Positions 24,901 to 40,350 of a stretch of DNA of 50,662 nucleotides are shown here, one piece after another. The stretch lies in contig CAJVPI010000130.1 in the NCBI GenBank assembly GCA_910592345.1, positions 1 through 50,662 on the forward strand, given 5' to 3'. The notes beneath the pieces were generated by a model. That model had not been told where the DNA came from. It saw nothing but the letters and a program-made list of their open reading frames with translations, and did no database searches. The position numbers and the translations under genes were made by a program. Position 1 is the stretch's first letter, and each line of letters begins with the position of its first letter. This DNA is from Paraglomus brasilianum (lineage: Eukaryota).

Positions 24901-27900
24901 TAAGGAAGAAAGTGTTCGTCGCATATTATCATTAATTAGCCTACCGGCGGTTTGCATATCCGTTCGGAAACAATCCAAAAAAACTTTGCTGTCCCGTAAA
25001 TTACTGCCACATGGAATAAGGTACGCCATTTGTGAATGGTAAATCAGGGTTAGGGCTAGGGTTATCTTGATACATACAAAGATGCAATAAAGTATTTCCC
25101 CAAGTCATAGCAAGGGATACGCATTTAGTAATAGAATAATGTACTTTTTTCAAAAGCCCTATTTGGACTTTAACACGAAGATTTGGTGTGGAAACGTGTA
25201 TTTTTTTTTTATTCTGCACACAAACAACTTGCTTTTCAACACATTTCTTGTTTTCCACGTGAACGCTTTTTGCATACTGCGTACATACGCACTTTTTCCC
25301 CCCTCCTCTCTCCTCTCTCCCGTGCCATTCCCGTGTATTCGATTCTTGCCCGATTCAGGTTCACTCACTTTTACATATCGGTACACCAACCTCTTCTCAT
25401 ACCGATCCACCCAACCCACGTACAGCGCAGTTGATCAATATTATTAGTATTACGTGATGATACACCAGCTATAAATAATTATATATGCTGTGTATGTATA
25501 TGTGTATACACTATATAAACTATATAAACTATATACACTATATACACTATATACACTTTATACTTTCAGTCGTATTACCTAAACTTTTAATTTGCATCTT
25601 ATTTGTGCTAGTAACAGGCATTAAACTCTGCATATCTTGCTTACCGTTTTCACCTATCGTTCACTCATCTGTGTTGTAGATCCCATACTCTATTCTGCCC
25701 GATCAAGAAACTTTCCTGGTGTTTGGATAATTGGGATACGTTATTAGTTACATAAACACATGCACTGATCGTTTTTATTGGACAGGAAAACGAGTAAGTA
25801 GAGTAGTGGTGATAGGTTATAATATGTGATAAGTAGATTGATGGGTCGATAAATCGAGATATACATTAAAATGGGTGATCAAGGATTAGAAAGTAAAGAA
25901 TGCATCGAAAATAATCACCTTTTATACGTATTGAACAATCGGGACCTTTGTGTTTGATTACATAAATATTAATGTGCGAATCAACAAAACAAAAAGTTTT
26001 AACAATATTAAAACAAATAGCACATGAGCTATTTATTAATTACTAATAACACGGCCATCCATTGTGTGTGTGATCACCAGTTTTTGTTTAACAGTACAAA
26101 TCCCCACATGTACAAACAAACAGAGTTAACTGGTTTGGAAGATAACACGTCGAAATGTATAACACCATAAAAAGCAATATCCTATGGTTTGTATTAAACC
26201 TATCACATCATATTGCTCGCGTGGCAATATGAATAGCACATGTTTTGGACAAATTCATCCCCGATGTCACCAAACATTGCGTCAATGCTCGTCTCTTCAT
26301 TATCATATTGTCTTTTAGGTGTTGTTGTAAACCCGTTGCTTCAAATCCGGTTGTTTTGTGTTCTTATGCCTAATTAGCCACATTGATGCAAGTAACATTA
26401 AAGGTTAATCATAATATGGTCAATGTAACAACTACAACACCTGACCACATTAATTAGCTCATCATGAATACCAATGAGACTGTAGGATACACATAACCTT
26501 GACATTATACAGCATTACCAATCAATGACGAATTGTTGTTCGCAACACGAATCTGTAAGTATGAAGTAATACAAATGATCTTGGATTACATTAAAAGCAT
26601 AAGATCAATAACAATTCATATTACCCACCAAACTGACGTCACTTGCACGGATCTCCAACTTAATTCAAACTAAGTGTGCCCAAGAAAGAATTACTTGTAT
26701 CACTGATCAATTGTCATGTGTACAGTTACACTTGCAAAACAATTAATTTTACAGAAATTAAACTTGCAGGCAGGCACACTCATCTGCTAAAACTCGTTAA
26801 ACACGACCAATCGAATACTACTACTACATCTGATTTCTAATCATTCTATACAACCACAGAACCAATACCGTCCTTTTTTCTCCTCTAACCACGTCCCTAC
26901 ATTTCCATCTTTGACTTTCTCTTCTAAAAATATATATGTATATTATCTTTTGTTTGTCAAATATCACCCAATATGGTAACACGCATTAAATAAGCGAAGT
27001 AAACGTGACAAGAGGTTGGTAAAAGAATGATTATTCGATAGATAGCACTTGACAAGATTTGTATTCAAAAAATATATTAGCATTGAGAAACTTTGTAAAA
27101 CTAATTATGCCTTATTATTATGCAACTACTGTTATATTTTTGAAACATCTAAAACTTACGTTTATGTAGAGAAAAAGTAATCAGTGGTACAATAATAATA
27201 AGCATTGGCCTTCTGGTTTTGTAGGATTTTTGGCAATCACATAATCATGTGATTAAATTTATAGCAGTTTGGTCGCGTATCGTTTTAACAAACATGTGGT
27301 ACAACTTTATATTTAATTTACGTAAAACACGATCACGACTGTTCACAGAAAAGTAATTTCATTGTTTGAATACAGATATCACAAAACATTGACTAGCAAG
27401 AACGAGTAAAATTAATCTCTAACCCGTTGTGCCGATCGATCACCGTATTTATCGAACACGTAATTAAATATTATGCACGTATTAAAACTTCGAATTATCA
27501 ATTGTATAGAAAGTACCTTTTACTAGCAAAAAACTACTGTGTATATGCACATTTGACCAAATTCAATAACTGCAGAAGGAATAACTTAATCCTTATTATT
27601 ATAACTTAATCTGTCGGAGCTTTTTCGATTAGAAGTGCACAACAAAAACCTTAAGTGGCTCGTATATTCCAAATTTGTTAAAGATTTGTGAGTCTAGAAG
27701 AAATCGGTTGTTTAAGTTAACGTTCAAGTCATATGGTTTTTTGCGTCATATTATTAAAAATAGATTCCCAAGAGTGTTCATTTGCATTTCTAAATTTAAT
27801 TTTCTTAACAGTAGCCACATCCAAATTTATACAGGCGATAATAGATAATGGGCTAGACATTCATGCATTGGTTTGTGAACAAGTAAATAGTTGGACACAT

Positions 27901-30348
27901 GGACGTAAGCAATCGGGTGTCTTACATAATACAAGTTATTCAACTCTTAAACTGCAATTAAAAATTGTATTGTGGGGCGTAAGATTAAGATGGTAATAGC
28001 TTATATGTATACAGCACTATATGAATTTGCTAAGACAGGGTTTTCACTAAACTTTATAGCATCTATGCAACGGTTACAGCTATCTTTAGTGAATACTTAG
28101 TTCATGAAGCTAATTAGTATTTGGATAACATATAGATTGAGGATGTTGACTGAGAGATCCCCAACATAAACAACGGATCTTGCACAAACATAGTATTAAA
28201 TTAATTAAAATGACCTGGTAATTTTTAATGTCTGCTGCCAAATAGCATATCCGTCTATTCGAGGAAGTAGCAGTATAACTTCAAAATGTGTTGTTATTTA
28301 TTTACATCAGAAATATGATCATAGTATTTATCACGTGACAACATAATATCTGATTTGCAATTTTTTCGGGGGGTGCAGTCTACGGTATTTTGCCAAACAA
28401 AATAAAACTCGAGTGAATAGAATTGGGGATAAATACTTGATACATTTCTACCTTTTAAATGAATTCGTTCTTGTACTTCCCAAACTTGTATAGTATCTGA
28501 AAATCTATCTTCTAGCCACTTTTTCACTTCATCAAGTACATATATGGGCAGACTGAAACAAAAACCAGACAAAGTGAACTGTTACCTGTGCATCACAAGT
28601 CTGTTTAGTAATCTGTGAGGGATTATTTATTATTATATGAAACTAATACATCAGTAATCATTCCTTACCTGACACCATCAGATAGAGGATGGATGCAAAT
28701 GCAATGTAAGCAAGAAAGCAATGAAACTTGAAGACTCTGAACTGAATTGGGTAAAGAGGAAAATGAAACTATATACAGCAGGCAGGGAAAAAAGAATCTA
28801 AAGAGTAAGAAAGCCAGTTAGACTATAACCTAAAAGTTAGAACTTCAGTCTGCTAATTACTGCATCCATTATCAAGTAGTGACAGATAGCTCACAGAGCT
28901 GAACTCATCAAGCTCCGGCTGAACTCGTCAACTCTCAAAGAGAAGAACCAAATGGCTCACAACCCCAGCTCGGACGAATCATCAAAGCTCAAATAAGAAG
29001 AACCACATGCCTGTAATGCGAGACTCTTCGTGTGTTTGTTATGCCGGAGACTCTTATTGCGCTGATAATCAATTCTTAGTGCTACGTCAAAAATTATCTG
29101 ACAACGAATGGTATCGTGATATTGGTATAATTAATGTTGACAATTTTGCCCAATTATTATTATTGTTGTTAAACTATGTACGCCTACATAAGTCTTTTTG
29201 ATACAGATAATCAGAATTTGCTTTTAATTACATGTTAAAACCAATGATTGCGTTATGATCTAAACCACCCCTGTTCGATACTTTTTTTCGGAAGATTTGG
29301 AATAAGGGAAACCCACACTTGAATATCGTTGCATGGTAGTTAAATAATGCGGACTGGTAAATACAAAAATCGCGTAGTGCAGAATTTACCATGTTTACAG
29401 TTTTGTCACTGTACAGCTCGACTACCAAAAGCTACGGCTTAGGTCCTAGTATTTTGAATTGTCAATTGTATATTCCCGTTGTCAACCGTTTCAAGGATTT
29501 TCTTGGTTATGTTCCAGCTGGAGAATTAATAGGATTATGGGAATTAAAAGGCATAATAATAATATTAAGGATTTATACTAAATACGCCCATTGTCCTGTT
29601 AAGAAATATTTAATCGGATGGATAATTGCATAAAAGCATTCATCAGCTACATCGTCACATTTACTATTATTATTACATTGTATGAAGTTTTATTGGCACT
29701 TTGTGGTTATGATAGATGATTGGAAAACATAGTGCGTAATTTACTTGTAGGTAGCAGAGTTTATCATCTTTGGAATTGGTGGCTGTATGTATGTAACGAC
29801 CCGAAAATTAGGGAAGGGATACCAAATCATTTCTGAGTATATAATAATAAACTAGCTTCCTCAATAAGCCAACTAAACAATAAATGAGTACTGGCCCTCA
29901 TAGCAATGGGCACATTGATTTCAATGATCCTCGCAGAGCAATTCCGACAGGCTTATTTTCTATACAATATAATGCAGAGAATCGTTCCTTGAGAAAAGCC
30001 CATCAAGACTATTTCGAAGGCATAGATAAAGACGTAATAAATGGGTCAAGCGATTGACCATGTTCTTCTACCATTGAGCTGAAATCCCATAAATGAATGT
30101 CATAGTACAGTTTATATTATATGTATTTGCCGTTGATGCGTACAATGGACGACGAGACAGTCGAGAAACCAGTTTTATGAATTCTTTCCGTCAGCTCGCC
30201 CCTGCTAATCAATAATAACCAAGTCTTTACCAGTGCTAATCATGTGAACGTTATGTTTGATAAAATGTACTGCAACATTCTCTACTCAACTGTTGTTCTT
30301 CCATTCAGCGTATATCAAATTCCTTTCTTTTAGCATTCACATCTATAT

Positions 30349-31546
30349 CTACTTCTTTTTCAATCTCAGAAAATCGACCATAACGTCAACAGATTCTTTC
30401 CTATGAAATTTGTATTTCATTGGGATATCAAACTACAAAGAATGGTGGATCAGGTCAGCATAGAGAATAGTAGAGTTTAAATGCTTTAATCTTTGAGTAG
30501 CTTACTTTCAATTGAGCAAGAACTTCACACTCTACGTTCCATTCCTTGGCCTTCTTGAGAATATACTAATAGCGATAGTGACGAGAAGATGTAAAAATCG
30601 CCAAGAGCATGAAATCTATTTAAACAGATAGTCAAGTAATACGACTCACCTCCCTGGTAGCGCTTTTGTGAACAGAATAAACAGCTCGATCCGCTACCTA
30701 CTTGTATAATACGGCTATGCTCAATAAGTGTTATATTCTTATTACCCGTCATGAACCCCCACCCCCCTCTTAAAATTCTCTACCTCGATCGCTTTCTTTA
30801 AGAAGGCCATATCGATGCCTTTGTTGTTCTTCGTTCCAAATGGCGGGTTCATAACGATGGTATCCACATTTCCCCTAAAGCCCAACAGAGGATCTGTTAC
30901 AATATCGGTTTGGATAAGATCAACGTAGAATTCAAAGTCGGTGATGTTTTCTTGGGCGATGGCCAAGGCAGACGAATCGATATCTAAGCCTATGGTATAG
31001 CTGCATGTGTGGTTATGATCAATGGATCAGAAAGGACGTACATCATCACAGATTGACGAAAGCAGTGTAAGATACATGGGGAAGGATTGAGTAGCAACGC
31101 CACGCCAATATGAATTTTCTTTCATACCTTGACCCCAAAAGACAGGCTGCGATACTGCTCTTTTTGTCGGATAACATTGCAAAAGCAATAGTAATAAATG
31201 ACACGTCAATGTCGTTAATGTCAATGTCAACGGTCAATCATCTTGCATCCTTTTCTCAAACGTGAACCAACCTCAACACACCACAACCGCACCCAAAGTC
31301 AACGACGACTTTATTCCTAATATCATCGTAAGTCGACTGAGCTGTATAAATCATGCGGGAAGCTAAGTGAGCACTTGTTGCATATTGTTCTAATTTTACA
31401 TTAGGGTTGTCTGTTCATTGGAAGGAAAATATAGGAATTAGATGTTGGTATTACGGTGAGAGAATCAGCAACGCGGGAAAAGCTAGCGAAGAATCACCAA
31501 AATCCGTGACGTCTTGAAGCGCCGCTTCCAAGTCTTTGAGTCGCAT
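30349..31546 (-). CDS. METTL5: METTL5-family rRNA N6-adenosine methyltransferase (7 exons, ~207 aa)
   Basis: Exons 31546-31498, 31410-31272, 31154-31128, 31000-30784, 30697-30650, 30565-30506, 30432-30349; total 624 nt. MRLKDLEAALQ...PNVKLEQYATSAHLAS, SAM motif DFGCGCGVL, catalytic NPPFGTK, VYSVHKSATR, YKFHRKESVDVMVD. Confidence 0.93.
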
Positions 31547-31848
31547 GGGAGAGGGAATAATTATCGAGAGTATCGTAAAAATTGCTTGCTTGCTTTCATG
31601 TAACATTTATGTTTATACCAAAAAGGAAATAAATTTCAGGCAACTGATGGATTCAGCAAATTTCTACACGTGAGACTGGTAATAAATTTATTTACGCGTA
31701 CGATAGTTGACCATCAAGCTTGATGTCAGCCATTTAAGTTCACGTCTCGTTAGTGAATACACCATTATTTTACATACGGTAATCACAGAATCTTTCGTAA
31801 CTCTTGCGTCTTCGAGAGTTTAGTTGAAAAGTATCGGTTAAGATTGGG

Positions 31849-31898
31849 CGAAACGAAACGAAACGAAACGAAACGAAACGAAACGAAACGAAACGAAA
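31849..31898. repeat. (GAAAC)n pentanucleotide microsatellite
   Basis: About 9-10 CGAAA units. Confidence 0.95.
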
Positions 31899-34490
31899 GA
31901 ACCACAACTCTGGCAGCATGCGATCACCCAGGAAGCAGCTAGGCGACTTGCACTCTACCATAGCTTAGTACGTTGTCCACTGTTGCTAATAGAGAGAGGT
32001 GGATATTACAGAGGTGAATATTAGAGAGGGTCGACTGTATCTCAAACGGGTTTACAAAATCCTGAACCCCCCCCCCCCTCTGAAAAAAATGCTTATGATG
32101 AATTACTCCTCTACCCGCGAACAAAAACGTACTTTAAGTCGAAGGTGACATCGGTTTTGGAACCACTGGTTTTCTTTCCAAGAATGAGACCGCTCAAACA
32201 CAATCCATATGTATTAGTAAGCCAGAAAAGATGTAACCATGGGGAAATCTTACAACATTTCAAAGGACTTGCAGACATTATTACGAATTAATAAGACTTG
32301 TCGTCGCCACCGTGATCTCAGCTGTAAAGAAAGAACAGCGTTGTATAGTGCGATAGCCCTTGGGCTGGGCGGTGAAAATTCTGCGAGTTTAGGCATTTCC
32401 TATGTAAGACGACTGATCTGGAAGATTATGCCCTCTGGTGGCATCACGCGGGTAATTTTTAGTCAGTCCGAGAATCTGATTTTTGGAGGGGAAAACCATC
32501 GTTCGAGTAGCGATTTGCTATGTTGTGGTGAATGGTTCTTTTTTTTTTTTTTTAAAAAAAAAAAAGAATATATTTAAATAAATCCCAAAACTACGAGGAG
32601 CTCGGCTTTTCTAGGATTCGGCGGCAAGTTTATACCACTGAGTAAAAAGTTCTGTGGCAAAGAAGAAAAAGGCGGTTCGTATACGTACTATCTGCAAAGA
32701 GATATAACCAGCAATATGAATACTCGGTGCTAGGCGCATTTCTTGAAAATATAGATCAATCATCCGCAGAAAACCGTTGGTATCATTTAAACTAGGCACA
32801 TCACAATACTCGGGAGGAAAGTCCGGTGACAACAAAACCGCAGACTTCGAGCTTATATGTCACCACGAAATCGAGCGGTCGCATCTATACTCGGTCGAGG
32901 ATACCTCTACTGTACCAGGGAAACCAGTCTGACTATAAACAGGCAAGAACATGGGAAGCTGAGCGTAAATTGGTTTCATAATTCAACCGTTATTGGATTA
33001 GTAGGGAACCCCGAACCATCAATAGTGAAACTTTGGGTGCTTGTTGCTGATGAACTCTTTTACCACTGTTATTCTCGATAGTTGGAAGTGGATCTTTGCA
33101 TCAGGATTATTGTTTAATTTAACGTTAGTGTGGAGAGATAATTTCCCCGACTGATAGGCTCAGATTAATCCCATCAGAGAAATCGATGTGATACTTGAGG
33201 TTAAGCAATAACTCAGGAATGGCTGCTTGTAAACGAACACTTCCACCATGTCTAATACCACACCCAAATTATATAAGATACACGTGGTTCTTTCTATCCG
33301 TTATCCGGAAATAGATCTAATATAAATACGACGCGCTCGGTCTACGCGGTTGTACATCCTGCTATCATGGACTTAGAAACGGGCGAGTATTAGAGCATGA
33401 AAAGATGGAACCGTCCTATAATACTACACTACATACACTACACGGCGCAACCAACCGTTCCATCATATACATACACGACCTACTACTACTATTACTTCGC
33501 AATTGATGCCTGGAGACTTTGTGGCACCGCATTACCTGGGACAGTATACAAAGGCTGCACGGAAGAAGAAATGAAGCGGCCGGAAGATCAGTAAAGCTTC
33601 TTTTAAAGTCCTAAAAGCCGAGCAACAACGATGTTATCAACTTCAAAGGATTAGCGATTAAATTACCAGCTATACCTTGCATCATCCCTTTTTATTTATT
33701 ACAATTACCCTTTTCTGAAGTCAGTTATGCTTTTTTTTTTCAAGTTCTATCACCGCCGAGTGTTGTCGAACGCTTAACATTTGTGGGGATTATAGAACGA
33801 AAATAAACGAGCTATATGAAAATTTAAAACCCTTTAAAAGGGTAAAAATATAAATTTAATAATTTATTCGTTTATCATCCACATTTCATTGATCTCATAC
33901 AATTAATTAGAACACTACTCAGAATTTAATTCCGAAAGACTTTGACATTTCATGTAAGGCCTTCTCACTTGCCACTTTTTTATTGTATCTCTGATGTTAA
34001 AACTAGCTTTAGTGTGTTATTGTATCTTGGCAATAAAGTCATATAAATATTACATTCCTACACAACAGCCCAAAGTTTCAGTTGTTGATATGCTTTTATT
34101 TTGGAAAACTCGCTAATATTAACACTGAAGCACGCGAAAAACTTTATTATACAATCATTCCATTATGAAAGCATGGTTCCAAACATTAATTAATGTCTCA
34201 GATTACAATAACTGATAAAGCGTGTAGGAAGAAAAATGTCAGTAATGAGCGAGCATCAATGCTTTGTTAACATTAAGTTAATGTTGTCGTACAGTCATAG
34301 AATGGTATGCTTAAATTTAGTGATTTGAAATTCACTTTGTCTGTTCATACGTGTCTACAACTATTGTTCTTTAATTTTAAAAAATTAGTACATTGTAATT
34401 GATCGCGTATTTTTAGTGTGCTAGCTTTCCCAAGATTTCTAATTATAATGGCAAGTAAATGTGACAAATAAATTAATTAACAGTTTCTCA

Positions 34491-36299
<1,809 letters not shown>

Positions 36300-38233
36300 G
36301 ACGGTGATTATGACAAGGAATCTATTGTGCAAGCGAAGAATTAGAGATTGCCGAGAAAGAAGGGTTTTCACGTATCGGTGATGGTTTTATATTCCACATT
36401 GTTACACGCGATTGACATTATGATTAGTTCAAGAAAAATGGGATGTTCACGAAACGAGCTTTGAATACTTTATAAGTAACAGAACAAGTGACCAATAATA
36501 TTAACCTTTAAGATTGACGATATATACGCACTATATAAACAGTCGAAACTTGTAACCTTTTTCTTTCCCAAGATTTCGTGTTTCTCATTTCATATTAGAT
36601 ATTAATTGCATACTGTTCTCTGTTGTTGGATTTTTTTATCTTGGTGCGCTGATGGGGAGATTTTGGTGCTGCGTCGACCTGGCTAATACTAAAAAGGTTA
36701 TTACGTCATGCTTTCTGCAGGTCCTGATGCAGGAGCGAAATATATTAGTTTTCTTACATTGATATGTAAACTATTACTATTTGTGTTGCCAATCTGTATC
36801 AAAATATCTATCTTCATATTAAAAGTATTCCGAAATTTCCCAATGATCAACGAAGGGAGTGCATTGCATCGTCAGTTCGTTTATTAGACGCTTGCGGAGA
36901 CGGATTTCCATACAAGTATACTATTATGTCCCGACAGTGTACCAATTGGCCTAATTATATATTTGTTGCAGATCATATTGAGCAATACCCTAGATAATGC
37001 TACTGTAATTGTTTTCTAAGACGCCAAAATAGCTGGTTTGCTCATATTGTAAACTTGTTAGGCGGCACAAACTTATTAGCATTCGTGATGCGAGAGGAGC
37101 GTTGTATTCAAATTGACCGGCGAATAAATTTATTCTACAACGTGAATGTTTGCGTCAATTAAAGCTCTCCCTACGTCGCTAAAAAAAGAAAAAGAAAGAT
37201 AGATTGTCGTTGGCTTTCAAACACATCGAATAACGAGCAAAATTCACCGGCTCTTCTTCTTAATCAACAAGTTAATCACGCCCTTTTCGATCTCAGAAAC
37301 ATTTATGCCGTGTTAAACGGCGACCGTTATCCTATTTTTGACTTGCATTGATTTTGCTAATGTAAGGTTTCTCGTGCCTACATGATGTTTCGAAATTTAA
37401 AAAGTGTCGTATTATGGCGTTAGCTGTAATAATGTTTTCTTAGACGGGTTATTGATCTCCACCGCTCTTCGTATATTAAGGCCAAATTTGGTGCTAACGT
37501 TCCAGCGCATATGCCTTACAAATTTTGTCTTCAGCTGTCGTAAAGTAATCATACTTAATTATCGGTCCTATTTGGCGACGTTTTTGGAAGACAATTTTCA
37601 CGGGGCGTCCAAGTCGATTAATATCAAGAATCTTGGTAAAAAAAAACATCCGTTCACGGGAACGCAAATGGATCCCATTCTGTTCCAAAAAGAAGACTTT
37701 AAATGTCTACATTAGAGGCGGGTGCCATTTAAAATGCAAACAAAGTTTTAATCTCGTATTTTATTGTTTACATTAAACCAATACTTTACCAAATGTACAA
37801 ATTGAGATAATGATAATGGTGACGCTATCGCTATTACTTTTGACCGCGACTTAATTTTTACGCGCAGTAAAAGTTAGTTTCTATTCCATCTCGGATGGTG
37901 AGTAGACATAGTAATATGGTTTGTAATATAATTTATTAGGGTCGAATTTTTTTTATTTGTAATACTCATACTGTTTATTTCTTGTATTTCGTGACTCGGT
38001 GTTGGGATGCAGAGTAGAGCGTAGTAAATAGACAAAATCATACATGAAGTAGAGCATAACGGATTTATGACATTAGACACCGACTTACTGTCTGTCGTGA
38101 ATGACCAACGCGCATATTTTGTCTTTCTTGTGCTTTTGTCTTTTAGTTTAGTTAATATAAATCAAGAAAACGGCTCTTGTATTGTGTGGCACACTATAGA
38201 AACCAGAAACGAACGTTCTGCTTCACAACTTCA

Positions 38234-39030
38234 ATGATAGAACCTTACTGGAAAGAATTTTATCAAAAAGTTGCAGCCAAGTTCGGTGATATTTTGATGA
38301 CGAAATATCCGGTTAAGTCAAAGACTTTTGGAGATGAGATAAGCTTTCAAGAGACTTTTAATTTCTTTGTGCGAAACCTCGAGAAAGGAAAAGACAACAT
38401 GAGACATTTTGAGTTTGTTATTATTAGTATGTATTTGATAAAAAGACAATGTGTGTACATTTCGAGTTTTTTCTTTTATTTAATGCATTGTCCTGATACA
38501 TTTCTTATTCAGCGCAAAGAACTACTCTTGTTTTAACACGATTAAAAGTATTGCTAAATTATTTGCCATAGTTGCTGACAACATCTCTGATTTAGAGGAA
38601 ATAAATCTTTACATAATCTGTTTGGAAAATGCTGATTTTTTAATCAATCTTATATTGATATAATTGCGATTCTGCAGCTGCTCGACGAGTGACGACTGTG
38701 TGAAAGTCATCAGCGACACTTTAGCCGCGTTTCGAGTCGGGCATGGGTTATATATGTGTCACTTACTTTTCACTTTGATAAGGCCATAAAAAAATCGAGT
38801 GTCGAACTCACACAAGCGAATAAAATGAAGCGTTCGTTTTATATTGAGGCCGTTGTGAATACTTTTTCACAAGTCATTTTACATTCACAGTTCTACATTC
38901 CTGGTCCCGAGGGGAAAGGACGAGTAGACTTTACAGTATCTTACATACGCGTTTACTTTGTATCACTGAAGCCAAACCTTTTCAGATTGAAAAGGGTAGC
39001 TACATATTACAGAGGTAATAAGATTTAGCA
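38234..39030 (+). pseudogene. Decayed Crinkler-like / PD-(D/E)XK restriction-endonuclease-fold gene
   Basis: Exon-like fragments MIEPYWKEFYQK..., KNYSCFNTIKSIAKLFAIV, and KRSFYIEAVV...LHSQFYIPGPEGKGRVDFTVS followed in another frame by LHITEV. This matches the G..GRVD(F/Y)...ITE.K pattern of Crinkler REase C-termini. Frameshifted, and one expected donor is missing. Confidence 0.5.
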
Positions 39031-39767
39031 AAATAAAAAGCACAAATTGATTTTATTGAATATGTATATGGACAGGTGAGGCATGGTATTTTACTGTTGT
39101 GACATCAAATAATGAACTGGCCATGACATATACATCAATGAGTTTGTATGTGAGCCTCAAAAAGGCTGCTGCCATGAAGATTGCTATGATAAACTTTTGA
39201 AAGAGCATCTGCATCATTTTTTTGCTGTAATTAAAGGCCTTGCAAAAGAAAAACTGGATAGTCTGACAGATAATTCTACGCAGAGAAATGTCAAAATTGA
39301 AACCATTTTCAAACATAAAATGCATAGAACTGACTGAGCTTTCTTTGAAAGATTAGTATAGCTTCTAAGATATTAATCAAGTACAGCAGTGTTATAAGTA
39401 GCATTTGAACATAGTCATAGTTTGATGATAATTGCTAAGTATTAAAACAAACAATAAAATCATAGAGTAACAAGTGCTGTATATGAATAATAGTAAAAAA
39501 TGGCTGTTTTTACTGAATGTGAACAAGCAACTCATTTTATGGAAATAGGCCATGATTGCAGTTGCTCAGTCAAAGTTCCAAAAGAAAGTTTTGCTAAACT
39601 AAGAGTGTTCGTTAGTATGTTGATTGGTTGATTCACAGGGAGTTCAAACTGAAAGTTTACATTCTACAACATAAGGCTCAGGGTAGTGTAACTAGTGTGA
39701 ACGGCGAAATTATCGCCTGATTTTTTTGTGTTCAGATAATTACTAATATGACGTAGTTTGAAAAGTA

Positions 39768-40350
39768 CAGTCGAACCTCCATAAGTGCAACACCACTCTA
39801 AATGCATGCAAGCTTTTCTCGGTCCCGATAGTAAATAAACGCAACATCTATTTTCTGCAATTGCAATAGATTTGCCCCTGTCTTACAATAATAGATATCT
39901 CTCTCTAGATGTAAATCACACGATTTATACCGAAATACAATGTTAAAAAGTGAGTGACTCAAATATGTTAAATATTGTCCGATGTGAAAAGAAAAAGCAA
40001 CATAACCAATCTAGCAAAAGCACGTTGACAGATAAGCAAAATTTTGAACTTTGCCAATATGCCCGTGATAATCAACAAGAATACATCAACTGGATTAATA
40101 TGGTTAATTAGAACACAACAATTCCTGAACAAACGTCTAAAAAGCAGTGATAAGCGTCTGAATAAAGACATTACGAGTCCTGATACAAAATGCCATAATA
40201 ATAAGCCGGTTAAATTTCCAGAGTTGGAGCTTGCACTCGGATAAAACGACATGTAATTGTAAAAATCCTTCCTTTAAAGGCAACGTCTGTCAATGCAAAA
40301 CCTTAATAAATGCTTGGTCCCAAGGGCTTGCATTTATAGAGGTTCGACTG
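39768..40350 (+). mobile_element. Internally deleted pogo/Tigger (Tc1/mariner superfamily) DNA transposon, 583 bp
   Basis: TIRs CAGTCGAACCTCCATAAGTGCAA and reverse complement CAGTCGAACCTCTATAAATGCAA (21/23 match). TA target duplication at 39766-67 and 40351-52. Frameshifted CENP-B-type N-terminus (STLTDKQNFELCQYARDN..YINWI; KPVKFPELELAL). No DDE domain. Confidence 0.9.

Noticed and set aside
32239..33594. Several 65-112 aa ORFs between METTL5 and ERG10
   Set aside because: No recognisable motifs or consistent splice model; could be relic DNA.
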